This document shows, piece after piece, positions 47,500 to 58,000 of a stretch of 64,000 nucleotides of DNA. The DNA is taken from assembly GCA_038064675.1 (NCBI GenBank), contig JBBTSM010000003.1, forward strand, positions 191,212 to 255,211, read 5' to 3'. The position numbers and the translations under genes were made by a program. Source of the DNA: Patescibacteria group bacterium (GTDB taxonomy: Bacteria > Patescibacteriota > Patescibacteriia > UBA9934). Within the stretch, counting starts at the first letter, position 1. Every line of letters starts with the position of its first letter. The notes beneath the pieces are model-generated. The model ran no database searches, was not told the DNA's origin, and saw only the letters and a program-made list of their open reading frames with translations.

Positions 47500-48497
47500 T
47501 AGCGCTTGAAAAAATTATCCGATATTTTCACCGCTTCGTACACAGAAGTTACCCACAGAATTCGCGAATCTCTTTGAAACCAGGTCTCCTGGCGTTTTGC
47601 GTAATGATGACTGTCGTATTTAATGCGAAGAACCGCGTCGCGGAGCTGCTCCTTCTTTTGGAAGAAATCCACAATCTGCCGGTACCCAATTCCCGTCATT
47701 CCCGGGCAATCGTCGCCATACAGATCACGAAGTTTACGAACCTCATCCACGAGGCCTTTACCGATCATTTCGTCCACACGGAGGTCGATGTCGGCATAAA
47801 GTTGCTCACGAGGCTTTGTGACACCGATCTGAAGCGCGTCGTAGATCGGATCTGCGAATTCCTGACGATCCGCGAGCGTCTTTCCGGTTGTTCTGAGAAT
47901 CTCGAGCGCGCGAACTAAGCGACGACGGTTGCGATCGTCAATTGTGGACGCGGCGTCAGGATCACGCGACGCAATTTCCTCGAGCAACTCGTTGTCCGTC
48001 ATCGATTCCAGTTCCGACCGAAGCGCAGCGTCCGGCTCGGTGTTGGCGTAATTCGGCCGGTCGATGATGGCACGAATGTACATTCCTGTTCCGCCAACGA
48101 GAATTGGCACGTGGCCACGTTCAAGGATCTCGGTGATTTTCTTGTCGGCGTATTCCTGGAACTGTGAAACCGTAAACACTTCATCGGGATTCACCAGATC
48201 GATTCCCCAATGCGGAACCCCTTCGACGAGACGAGGTCGGGCAGCGAAAAGGGAGTCGATTCCGAGCGCCGAATCGCCCTCATCGACAGCCCCCCTCCGA
48301 CTCCCCCCATAAATGGGGGGAGAGACGTCATCCGCCTCCGGCTTCGCCGTGCCGATATCCATCCCTTTGTAGACCGTGCGGCTGTCTGCACAGATCACTT
48401 CCCCATCAAAACGCTTTGCCAAGGCAATGCCAGTCCCGGTTTTTCCGGAACACGTCGGACCAACAACGGCAAGGATTTTCGGCAGTTTTCGCTCCAT
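47499..48497 (-). CDS. miaA: tRNA dimethylallyltransferase (with ~35-aa insertion after P-loop)
   Basis: P-loop GPTCSGKTG, …DSRTVYKGMDIGTAKP…, VPHWGIDL…; insertion EADDVSPPIYGGSRRGAVDEGDSALGIDSLFAARPRL. Confidence 0.85.
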   Translation of the reverse strand: MERKLPKILAVVGPTCSGKTGTGIALAKRFDGEVICADSRTVYKGMDIGTAKPEADDVSPPIYGGSRRGAVDEGDSALGIDSLFAARPRLVEGVPHWGIDLVNPDEVFTVSQFQEYADKKITEILERGHVPILVGGTGMYIRAIIDRPNYANTEPDAALRSELESMTDNELLEEIASRDPDAASTIDDRNRRRLVRALEILRTTGKTLADRQEFADPIYDALQIGVTKPREQLYADIDLRVDEMIGKGLVDEVRKLRDLYGDDCPGMTGIGYRQIVDFFQKKEQLRDAVLRIKYDSHHYAKRQETWFQRDSRILWVTSVYEAVKISDNFFKR

Positions 48498-48614
48498 ATT
48501 GCCCAATCCTATCATCTTTCTTCCGGACGATCTACGCACGGCTACACCCTACTCTCTACTCCCTACACCCTTGTACTGTATACTTTTTTGTGCTAACCTC
48601 AGCTGTTTCTCGCC

Positions 48615-49250
48615 GTGCCAATGGACGACGAGATTTCCCCGACCCGATCACCTAGGAGAACTCCCGTGCCCACCCCTCGTTTGGCTTTCGATTCCCCTTT
48701 CAACGACCCGACCCAACGCAACAGCGGCTCGCACTCCCTGTTCACCGTCATGGATGGTGGCCGCAGCCGTGCCGAAGGCCCACCGGCGATCGTCGTCGCA
48801 GAGACCCCGGCGCCCGAACCGGCGACAAGCGTCAAACTCGATCCGCCGGTGGCCACAGTCACCAACTGGTCTCCGCGCTGGTGGCGGATGCTCGTCATCC
48901 TCACCCTGCAGTACGGTCGGTGGTCGATCATCGGCTGGCCGCTCTACACAATCTTCTGCGCCTGGCGTTCCTACGACGTCAAGTGCGCGCTCGACGCCCT
49001 CACGCTCCGCTACGGGCGCGGCGACGTGGGCTTCGACATCGGGCTGAAGATCTCCGAGATCCTCAAGCACGGTACGAGCATCGAGGACCTGTGTGTCATC
49101 GAGAACGCGACGCGTAGCAGCCGGTTCCGCCCGTTTGGCCTCGAAGCGACATTCGCCGACGAGACCATGAACGGGGCATCCCTGCTCCACCACTTGAACT
49201 GGGCGTGCGGGCTCGTCCGCTCGCCCATCTCGCCCACCATCAACCCGTGA
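48615..49250 (+). CDS. GC-rich hypothetical protein (orphan cassette) with central hydrophobic segment
   Basis: 211 aa; Pro-rich N-term; terminator GATGCCTCGCCGC…GGCGAGGCATCG + GTGTTTTTATACACAG (49262-49312). Confidence 0.4.
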   Translation: MPMDDEISPTRSPRRTPVPTPRLAFDSPFNDPTQRNSGSHSLFTVMDGGRSRAEGPPAIVVAETPAPEPATSVKLDPPVATVTNWSPRWWRMLVILTLQYGRWSIIGWPLYTIFCAWRSYDVKCALDALTLRYGRGDVGFDIGLKISEILKHGTSIEDLCVIENATRSSRFRPFGLEATFADETMNGASLLHHLNWACGLVRSPISPTINP

Positions 49251-49379
49251 CGCCAACGTGACCACGACGCGATGCCTCGCCGCTCTCTGAGCTGGCGAGG
49301 CATCGGTGTTTTTATACACAGCCGCAACAATTTCATATCAAAACAAGGTACAATAGTCGTATATTCTTCTTCTTTGACT

Positions 49380-51302
49380 ATGAATAAAATGCTTGAAGGT
49401 TCGTCATCTTTCGACATTCCAGAACCAAAACACGTGAAGCCTCACGCGCTTCACGAAGAAGACGTTGCTGAGCGCAAAGCGGCGAAGGTCCGGAAATCAA
49501 AAGAAATGCTTGGGGAAGAGGCATTGAAGCTTGATACAACGATTAATGGAATCGACATCCAAGTTCGCTTCAGCCCAGCACAAAAAGAGTATGTTCTCTC
49601 ATTCCCTGGCGCAAAAGGAAATGCTCTTGAAATTGGGAACTCTGCAGCGAACGCTCGCGAAATCTTCGGCAGAGCCGTTGGTCTTGCAGCCGGACAAAAA
49701 GGCGTCGCAGGCGTTCCGAACATTATAGAAAGACTTCAAACCCTCGCACTTGAGCTTCAAGCCGAACCCGAAGAAGGTGTACTTGTCGAAGAAGCGCCAG
49801 CGGTGCCTGCAGCGGCTGTAGAGGCCGAGATAGAAGCACCGGCGCGAGCGCCAGAAAACGAACCAACTCCTGGCATGAAGGAGATTCTCGCCGAAGAACG
49901 TACACGTAAGATGCAGGAAGGCGACGAGTTACTCAATCGCGAGAACGCCACAGAACGCGGTGCAAGAATTCTTCAGGAACGCTTCTTCGCAATCGATGAA
50001 TCACTTATTACCCAAGACGTTGCACTTGCGGCTCGCGAGCGTGCAGTGCAGTCAAGACTTGGAAAGTTTTTTGCAGGTGCTGTTGGCCTTGCCGCGAATG
50101 CATGGGACTCCACAAAAGCGCTCACAAAAGGCCTCGTTGTTGAAGGCGGTGGAGCAGTGGTTGACGTGTTCAAGCCAACAGAAACTGGTGCAATGCGTCG
50201 GTTTATGAACTTTGTCTTTGATGACGCAATGATCGGAACCGCCATTAGTTTCTTCACCAACAAAGAAGGCGCCTACAATCAGGCTAAACTAGAAGGCCTC
50301 GAGGAGCGTCTTCGCGAAAAGACCGCACACGAAGAGGAAGTCGCTCGTGTCACAAAGGAAAAAGCTGAAGCGATCGCGGCATTGAATACAGAAAAGTACG
50401 GCACTGCAACGCCTGGAATTGCGCAACGTTTCTCTGTGTGGCGTGAAGAGCGGGATCAGAAGAAGGAACTCGCACGCTTAAGCAAAGCAGAAACCAAGGC
50501 TGCACAAGAAGCCGCACAAAAGGAGGCAGCCATCGAACTCGCACAGGCGTTCGCAGCGCGCGGAGGCGATGTATTCAGCCAAGAAGAAGCTGAAACCATC
50601 GGCATGAAGCTACTCGAAAATGAGGAGATCGCGAACGGTGTCAAAGGAATGGCAAAGGGCATATTCGGAGGACCACTGGAAATCGTCCGCGGTAATCTTC
50701 TGATGCTTCGTCTTATTTCAAAGATCTTCACTACCGAGCGATTCGTTGCAACGAACCTCGTTGGCTCCCGAATCGATAAGGCGCTCCGATCAAGTGAGGA
50801 ACAGACAGAATTTGAAGCATCCCAAATCGCTCTTAAAGAGACCGATGACGAACGTGTTGTTGGATGGTTCACTCGAAACATCGTACAAGGAACCGTTGCT
50901 GGAGTACGAGCTCTCGGATCCGCGTTTTCTACCATTGGATCACTTCAGAACGGCGGAAAAGAAATTGATCACGACGCAGAACCAAAGGAGACTTCGCTCG
51001 CAGAACGACTGCTCTCAAATGTGTTCCGGTTGAAAGACCGACACGCGCTCAAAAATGCAGAAATTCAAGTACAAACTGTAGAAAGCAGCATCAAAGCAAA
51101 ATGGCGCATGCGAAAGGCGTACGAAGGTCTAATGTTCGCCGTGAATGCTGCACGTGCAGGCAGAATTAACGACGAGATGCTCAGAAACAATCCAGAGCTC
51201 GTAGCAAACTTGCGTAAGGCGCTACAAAATCTTGAGGAATCAGAACTTGAAGAGATCACCGAAGGAATTGAACTGCTCGACGATGTCGAACAGTCCGCTT
51301 AA
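49380..51302 (+). CDS. large hypothetical protein (~640 aa), Ala/Glu-rich coiled-coil segments
   Basis: Start MNKMLEGSSSFDIPEPK (ATG 49380); no recognisable enzymatic motif. Confidence 0.45.
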   Translation: MNKMLEGSSSFDIPEPKHVKPHALHEEDVAERKAAKVRKSKEMLGEEALKLDTTINGIDIQVRFSPAQKEYVLSFPGAKGNALEIGNSAANAREIFGRAVGLAAGQKGVAGVPNIIERLQTLALELQAEPEEGVLVEEAPAVPAAAVEAEIEAPARAPENEPTPGMKEILAEERTRKMQEGDELLNRENATERGARILQERFFAIDESLITQDVALAARERAVQSRLGKFFAGAVGLAANAWDSTKALTKGLVVEGGGAVVDVFKPTETGAMRRFMNFVFDDAMIGTAISFFTNKEGAYNQAKLEGLEERLREKTAHEEEVARVTKEKAEAIAALNTEKYGTATPGIAQRFSVWREERDQKKELARLSKAETKAAQEAAQKEAAIELAQAFAARGGDVFSQEEAETIGMKLLENEEIANGVKGMAKGIFGGPLEIVRGNLLMLRLISKIFTTERFVATNLVGSRIDKALRSSEEQTEFEASQIALKETDDERVVGWFTRNIVQGTVAGVRALGSAFSTIGSLQNGGKEIDHDAEPKETSLAERLLSNVFRLKDRHALKNAEIQVQTVESSIKAKWRMRKAYEGLMFAVNAARAGRINDEMLRNNPELVANLRKALQNLEESELEEITEGIELLDDVEQSA

Positions 51303-51312
51303 TATCTTTCCT

Positions 51313-51666
51313 ATGTCTCTCCAAACCATCATCAGCAGCTCACCACTCAGCGACGCAGATAAGAAGGCTCTTCTCAACCGATTGCAGGCAGAGGGCGCAA
51401 CGCCCGACGTCGTTGGATCAATCAAGGAGGCTTTGCAGGAATACATCGACGCAGGGTTCAAGACTCTCGGGGTAGAGGCCGACCCAAACAATCCAAGCGT
51501 CATTAGCGCGCAACAGCATTTCGACGAAGAAGTCGCTTCTGCTGAAGCGGAGTACAACGAAGACGTCGAAAATGCCACCATCGACGCCGCAGTTGCCCAG
51601 GCACAAACAAATAAGGCTATCGAGGCACTAGAAGCAGACACCATCAAAGCAAAGATCGCAGCGTAG
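51313..51666 (+). CDS. hypothetical acidic protein (117 aa)
   Basis: MSLQTIISSSPLSDADKKALLNRLQAEGATPDVVGSIKEALQEYIDAGF…; follows large hypothetical gene. Confidence 0.4.
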   Translation: MSLQTIISSSPLSDADKKALLNRLQAEGATPDVVGSIKEALQEYIDAGFKTLGVEADPNNPSVISAQQHFDEEVASAEAEYNEDVENATIDAAVAQAQTNKAIEALEADTIKAKIAA

Positions 51667-51678
51667 GATACAAAAAAA

Positions 51679-51717
51679 CACACGGCGCCGAATCGGCGCC
51701 GTGTGTTTTTTTATTTC
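51679..51717. terminator. bidirectional rho-independent terminator (CACACGGCGCCGAATCGGCGCCGTGTG + T-run)
   Basis: Perfect GC stem flanked by A- and T-runs between convergent genes. Confidence 0.6.
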
Positions 51718-53460
51718 TTATACTGGCAATTTCCCTGCTTCGACCGCACGATTCACGATCTCGCTCTGCGAAATCACAAGGGCCTCGTCGCTTCCAAACA
51801 CCTTCACCTGAATATCTCCCCCATCGCGCTCCTTTGCGCCGACCACGATAGTCCACGGTACTTTGTTCATCGCGGCATCGCGAATCTTCTTCCCTACCTT
51901 CTCCGGTGCGTCGTCGAGCATGACACGCACACCAGCAGCTTCGAGAATCATCTTCATCGCTTTTGCGGTGTCGATGAATTCATCAGCGACGGTTGCAATA
52001 CGAACCTGCTCTGGCGCAAGCCACATTGGAAAGGCGCCGGCGAAGTGCTCAATCATCACACCAATGAATCGCTCCAACGATCCGAGAATCGCACGGTGAA
52101 TCATCACCGGGCGCTGTTTTATGTTTTCAGAATCCGTGTATTCAAGCTCGAATCGCTCTGGAAGATTAAAGTCGAGCTGAATTGTCGCAAGCTGCCATTC
52201 GCGACCAATCGCGTCCGTCGCAATGAAGTCGATCTTTGGCCCGTAGAATGCCGCCTCACCAACGCCAAAGAAGTATTCCTGGTTCATGTCGGCGAGCAAC
52301 TCCTTCAGCGTTCCTACAGCCTTCTCCCAAACCTCAGCGCCACCAAGATACGCTTCTGGCTTCGCAGGATCATTAACGGACAAACGAGCCTTGAGCGGCA
52401 TCTGAAACGCCTCGTAGAACTTCGTAATGATGTTTGCGATTGCGCGAGCCTCGTCCTTTACCTGATCGAGTCGGCAGAACACGTGAGCATCGTCTTGCGT
52501 GATCGATCGAACACGAGACAGACCCTGAAGCTGACCGGTGTTCTCGTCACGATATACCGTGGTCACTTCACTATAGCGAAGTGGGAGATCGCGATAGCTT
52601 CGACCGCGTGATGCGAAGATCTGCGTGTGGTGCGGGCAGTTCATTGGCTTCAACACGAATGCATCGTCCGTCTTTTTGCTCGACACATGAAAAATGTCGT
52701 CCGCAAACTTATCCCAATGTCCGCTCGTCTTGTACAGATCGCTCTTTGCCATGTGCGGAATGGTCACTTTGGTGTATCCGTACGGCTTCATGAGCGCCCA
52801 GACGAATGCCACGAGCTGCTCACGAAGCACGGTGCCGCGAGGAGTGAACAATGGAAGGCCTGGTCCAACCAGTGGAGAAAACGCAAAGAGATCGAGCTCA
52901 ACACCGAGCTTCCGGTGATCGCGCTTCTTCGCCTCTTCCAACATCGCCAAATGCGCATCACGCTCCGCCTTTGTCGCGAAAGCAATTCCGTAAATACGAG
53001 TGAGCATGTCGTTGTGCTCGTCGCCGCGCCAATACGCGCCAGCAAGCTTCGTGAGTGAGAAACACTGCGGATCGAGCGCAGCGATGCCGTCGGCATGTCC
53101 ACCGCGACAAAGATCGGAGTAGTTTCCTGATGTGTAGAGCGTCAGCGTCTGCCCGTCACCAGCAAACTCGTCGATGAGTTCAACCTTATACTTATTGTCT
53201 GCAAACATTGATCGCGCCTCAACAGCCGTCATCTCCTTACGATCGAATCGACTCCAATCTGGCATCAGCTCACGCATCTTTGCTTCAATCTTTGGAAGAT
53301 CTTCTTCCGAGATTGGTGTAGAGAATGCAAAGTCGTAATAAAAACCGTCATCGATCGCTGGTCCGATGGTACGTTTTGCGTCGGGATAAAGCTCGAGCAC
53401 CGCTGCGGCAAGCAAATGCGCCAACGAATGACGAAGATGCTGCAAATCTTCTGGGTTCAT
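51718..53460 (-). CDS. thrS: Threonyl-tRNA synthetase (lacking N-terminal TGS domain)
   Basis: …LRHSLAHLLAAAV… second additional domain, class II motifs (HRAILGSLERFIGVMIEHFAGAFPMWLAP), anticodon-binding domain. Confidence 0.95.
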   Translation of the reverse strand: MNPEDLQHLRHSLAHLLAAAVLELYPDAKRTIGPAIDDGFYYDFAFSTPISEEDLPKIEAKMRELMPDWSRFDRKEMTAVEARSMFADNKYKVELIDEFAGDGQTLTLYTSGNYSDLCRGGHADGIAALDPQCFSLTKLAGAYWRGDEHNDMLTRIYGIAFATKAERDAHLAMLEEAKKRDHRKLGVELDLFAFSPLVGPGLPLFTPRGTVLREQLVAFVWALMKPYGYTKVTIPHMAKSDLYKTSGHWDKFADDIFHVSSKKTDDAFVLKPMNCPHHTQIFASRGRSYRDLPLRYSEVTTVYRDENTGQLQGLSRVRSITQDDAHVFCRLDQVKDEARAIANIITKFYEAFQMPLKARLSVNDPAKPEAYLGGAEVWEKAVGTLKELLADMNQEYFFGVGEAAFYGPKIDFIATDAIGREWQLATIQLDFNLPERFELEYTDSENIKQRPVMIHRAILGSLERFIGVMIEHFAGAFPMWLAPEQVRIATVADEFIDTAKAMKMILEAAGVRVMLDDAPEKVGKKIRDAAMNKVPWTIVVGAKERDGGDIQVKVFGSDEALVISQSEIVNRAVEAGKLPV

Positions 53461-53660
53461 AACAGAAAGTTACGTGAATAAAAAATACCCGACCAAGACA
53501 CAACGTCTACAGTCGGGGTCGATGATCCATCGACGGTTCCACCCGAATTCCCTTCTTCGCGAAGGGCGCTCACTCAATTTGTATTCGACTCGCGGGTTGG
53601 TAGTCCGGTCGTTGCCGATAAAAACACTATAGAACGAACCGAAACCAGACGCAAGTGGAC
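53461..53660 (-). promoter_or_regulatory. T-box riboswitch-like leader of thrS
   Basis: On minus strand: GAAUUCGGGUGGAACCGUCG (T-box consensus AAUUAGGGUGGNACCGCG) at 53534-53550, followed by terminator CCCGAC…GUCGGG + U7 (53481-53522) ending 20 nt before thrS ATG. Confidence 0.5.
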
Positions 53661-54811
53661 TACTCCGTAATGACAATCTTGATGTGATCCTTCAGCGTTG
53701 GCACGCGTTCAAGCCAGAACGGGGTAAAGTTTACGGATGCGTCTTTGACGGCGTCGGAGGCTCGGAGAAGCGTGAGGACTTCGTTTGGCGCACGGCCAAC
53801 AAAACGGTCTTTGTTCAACACGGCAGAATCTTCCGAAATGATCGCCTTCCCTTCAAGATACACACCGAGTGTTGCTGTGCCCTTCTTTGCATCGGCGCTC
53901 TTCACCGACATCTGCACCGAATCCGTGGACACATTCTCTGCGGCATATCCTTCCGGAACGCGATCATACAGCTGCGAAAGCGCGTATTTCTTTACCGCAT
54001 CCTGATCGTAATACACCGCCGTTACGTCCATCGCGAGGGTAACAGTAAAACTCCCAACATCAGCACCAACTGCGGCGCTCGCACCCTGGGACGTAACGTT
54101 TGATGAATATGATTCCCCACTAAACACATTCCGATCCACACCTGCCGACATGGTGGCTTTCGCCTTCTCCAACAGCGATGTTGAAACAGACGACACCGCG
54201 TCGTCGATATCTTTCTGCGTCAGCACACGCTTATACGACACGCCGCCCTTCATGGATTCCACGCTCACGGCATAAATCGTTTTCTGCATGGATTCTGGCA
54301 GACCAGGAATCGTAAACTGCGTTGGACCAATCTCGCCAGAGAGACCGGTCTTATCCGCGTGAGCGATCACATCCACCTGACCTTTTGATGGAACGTTCAC
54401 GGCGGAATCGATTCTAAAGAGTACACCGTCCTTCGAAAGCAGCCGCGTTGTTGCGACGAGTGCTTGCGATGCCGCAGATTCGTTGATAATCGTTACCGTT
54501 CCACCAGCCTTTTCTTCTACGGCCGTTCCTCCATCCGTTGGCAACGTAATAACTTCCTGCGTATCAAACGATTGCTTGGAAACAACCCCGCTCAACTCAC
54601 CATCGTTCGCTGGATTCGCAACCGCCTGCACTTCCGTGTCCACCGAAATCACTCGTGGATTTGCGATAATCGTAATCGTCGCTCGTGAAATTGATAAGTA
54701 CAACACCGCCAACAACAGGAAGAATGTCATGAACACAAATGCCACCGCGATTCGCTGATACACCTTCAGCGAACGCGACAGTGGCTGTGCCCCGCGAGTT
54801 TCACGTGCCAT
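53660..54811 (-). CDS. hypothetical N-terminally membrane-anchored protein (383 aa)
   Basis: TM helix IAVAFVFMTFFLLLAVLYLSI; Ser/Thr/Val-rich extracytoplasmic-like body. Confidence 0.45.
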   Translation of the reverse strand: MARETRGAQPLSRSLKVYQRIAVAFVFMTFFLLLAVLYLSISRATITIIANPRVISVDTEVQAVANPANDGELSGVVSKQSFDTQEVITLPTDGGTAVEEKAGGTVTIINESAASQALVATTRLLSKDGVLFRIDSAVNVPSKGQVDVIAHADKTGLSGEIGPTQFTIPGLPESMQKTIYAVSVESMKGGVSYKRVLTQKDIDDAVSSVSTSLLEKAKATMSAGVDRNVFSGESYSSNVTSQGASAAVGADVGSFTVTLAMDVTAVYYDQDAVKKYALSQLYDRVPEGYAAENVSTDSVQMSVKSADAKKGTATLGVYLEGKAIISEDSAVLNKDRFVGRAPNEVLTLLRASDAVKDASVNFTPFWLERVPTLKDHIKIVITE

Positions 54812-54841
54812 ATGCGGAAATTATAACACGAAGTGACGGAG

Positions 54842-54860
54842 TCAACGGGTGGCGCCGAGG
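54842..54860 (+). other. second copy of 19-nt motif TCAACGGGTGGCGCCGAGG (preceded by AGTGACGGAG as at 9197-9214)
   Basis: Exact 19/19 identity with 9215-9233; located between dnaE 3' end and upstream gene start. Confidence 0.4.
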
Positions 54861-55016
54861 ATATCGCAAGTGCCAGTGGCGAGGGCGCATGTTTCGCAAC
54901 GAGCAGCATGTCGTCCAGCCACGGTCGAACGAAGTGAGACGTCGTGGCGTAGCGATCGTTGCGCACAGTGAAGAAACATGTACCCGAGCCACCAGCTTGC
55001 GATGAAGATACAGGTC

Positions 55017-55045
55017 TGGATCCCCGCCTACGCGGGGATGACTCA
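55017..55045. repeat. REP-like palindromic unit CTGGATCCCCGCCTACGCGGGGATGACTC
   Basis: Identical to the right unit at 10684-10712; 3' of dnaE; spuriously translated as …WIPAYAGMT… / …DPRLRGDD… in track ORFs. Confidence 0.6.
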
Positions 55046-55073
55046 GAGTTCAAAGACAACGGCGATTCGACAG

Positions 55074-58000
55074 TTACACCTTCACATTCTCCTCCCCCAC
55101 CACTTCCCTCACCTTTTTTACGACCTCAAGCGAGAGCTCCACGGAATACTCCGTGGTGACTTTTCGCATTTCACCGCCGGATTCCACCAGAAGGAACACG
55201 CGAGCACGGCCAGGATGGGCACGGAAAATTTCACGAAGCCGCGCAATCATGTCGTGCGTTGGATTTTGCGGAACGGTGATCGACAATCCTTCGGAAAGCG
55301 ATCCCGCTGGCGCGGCGACCGGAGGCGGAGCATCCATCATCATCGGAATATCTGACGCATTCGAATCCGTCCATCCGCCACGCGCGAGCATCGATGTCAG
55401 CGACGGGATCTCCGATTCAGTAAAAGCAATTACACCGTCCACCAACACCGAATATTCCACCGTTTCCGATTCCTCCCGCTTACGATGCGATACCTTCCCC
55501 ATAATGAGCAGCATCGCCTCCGGATTCAGCGACATGCGAGCAGAGACGTAGATCTTTGGGAAAACGACCGATTCGATACTACCGGACGGATCTTCGATTC
55601 GGACGAATGCCATCGGTTCGTTTTTCTTCTTCGTAAAAATCTGCTTAATGTTACTTGCGACGCCGGCAATCTTCACCATCGCGCCGTCCTCATACGTCGG
55701 AATCGCGCTCGCTTTCACGATGTACGGCGAGAATTGATCGTAAAACAACCCCGCTGGATGTGATGAGACATACAGCCCAAGAAGCTCTTTCTCCCATGTG
55801 AGCAACAAGCTCGTTGGAATCGTCGGAACACTTCTGAACTCGATCTTCTGCTCCACAATCGACGTACTCAACCCAAACAACGACGTTTGGTTGCGTGCCA
55901 GTTCGTGCTGAACGTGCTTGTTGTACAGAACGAGGGTATCGAGGTTGCCCACGAGCTGTGAACGGTCGCCGAAGCGGTCGAGCGCACCGGCTTTCGTGAG
56001 CGCCTCGAGTGTTTTGCGGTTAAACGCGCTCGTCTTTACGCGGCCTAAAACATCAGCGAGATCCGCATACGGACCGCCTCGCTTTCGTTCGCGAACAATT
56101 TCTTCGGCGACTTCTTGTCCAACGTTCTTAATCGCAGATAATCCCCAACGCACATTCTTCGTATCCTTCACCACCGCAAAGCCAGCGAATGATTCGTTGA
56201 TGTCTGGCGCAAGCACCGTCAGCCCCATGCGTCGGCACTCCTCAACTTCGATAGTGATGCGGTCAATAATTCCTGAATCGGAATTCATCAACGCAGCCAT
56301 AAACTCCCCCGGATAATGCGCCTTCAAATACGCCGTGCGATACGCAATCATCGCATAGCATGCCGCATGAGATTTGTTGAAACCGTACGCAGCGAAATCT
56401 TCCAGTTTCTGGAACACCTTCATCGCAACATCGGGCTTTACGCCATTTTTCACGGAGCCGTCCACGAACTTTACCTTCATCTTCTCCATCAGCTCCGCAA
56501 TTTTCTTTCCCATGGCCTTACGGAGCGTGTCAGCTTCGCCTCCGGTAAAGCCCGCCATATCCTTTGCGACTTGCATCACCTGCTCCTGATACACCGGAAT
56601 ACCGTACGTTTCCCGGAACGAGTTCTCCATGAGTGGATGCTCATACACCACTTTTTCCGTTCCGTGCTTTCGGCGAATAAAACTTTCAATGAACTGCATC
56701 GGCCCCGGGCGATACAACGACACCATGGCGATAATATCCTCGAACGCGCTTGGCTTGAGCTCTTTAATATATCGCTTCATGCCGTCGGATTCCAACTGGA
56801 ACACGCCGGTAGTGTCGCCACGGCCAAGAAGCTCGAACGTCATCACATCGTCCAACGGCGCATTATCAAGGTCAACCACCACACCATGTACCGCGCGAAT
56901 AATATCGAGCGCGTCTTCGATGACTGTTAAGTTGGAAAGGCCAAGGAAGTCCATTTTCACGAGACCAACGGCCTCTGCGGAGTTCAGCGAATACTGTGTG
57001 ATGAGCGCCATGTCCTCCTTCTGGCCTTGCTGCAACGGAACACGCTGCACCAATGGCTTATCGCCAATCACAATACCGCACGCGTGCTGCGAAGCATGAC
57101 GAGGATTACCCTCAATCTTCATGGCAAGATCGATCACGCGGCGCACCATGGGGTTACCGTTGTACATCTGCTGCAAATCTGGCGTTTCCACAATCGCAAC
57201 CTTGAGCGGCGTGTGCTTTCCTTGAATCGGCGGTGGAACAACCTTCGCAATAACGTCGGCCTCTTGGAACGACAATCCAAGCACACGAGCCGCATCGCGA
57301 ACCGCAGCACGAGGCATGAGTGTTCCAAACGTCACAATACCTGCCACGTGATCCGCGCCGTATCGTTTCGTCACGTATTCCAACACTTTTCCGCGACCAC
57401 GATCGGCAAAGTCCGTATCAATATCCGGCATCGATACGCGATCCGGATTGAGAAAACGCTCAAAGAGCAAGTTGTATCGCAATGGCTCGATGTCCGTAAT
57501 ACGAAGTGCGTATGCAACGATGCTTCCGGCAGCCGATCCACGACCAGGCCCCACGAGCACCCCGTTATCTTTTGCCCACGTAATGTAGTCTTGAACGATT
57601 AAAAAGTACGACGAGAATCCCATCTTCACGATGGTGGCATATTCAAACTCAAATCGTTCCATGACGTTCGCGGGAATTGGATCGGCGTACCGGTCTTTCA
57701 ATCCTTGAATACACAACTCGTGCATCACATCGTTGTCCGTCTTCCCTTCTGGCAACGGATAAATCGGCAAAAAGTTCTTTCCCAATTCCATTGTGTAACT
57801 GACGCGATCCGCGATGCGCCGCGTGTTCTCGAGCGCTTCCGGGACATCGGCAAACGCCGCCATAATCTCATCCGGGGTTCCGAAGGAAAGATCAACGTCA
57901 TCCGTGGATGTACGACGAAAATCCTCAAGCGTACGACTGCGCTGAATACACAACTGCGCTTCGTATCCCTCGCGGTCGTCCGAGTTGAGATAGAACACGT

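Noticed and set aside
53470-53676. 68-aa ORF upstream of thrS
   Set aside because: It overlaps the T-box-like leader and terminator of thrS. Its sequence is explained by the RNA element, not coding.
54959-55355. ORFs 54959-55159 and 54978-55355 (…DPRLRGDD… / …WIPAYAGMT…)
   Set aside because: Their translations derive from the REP-like palindrome GGATCCCCGCCTACGCGGGGATGAC and from dnaE antisense sequence. This is a classic repeat-derived spurious ORF.
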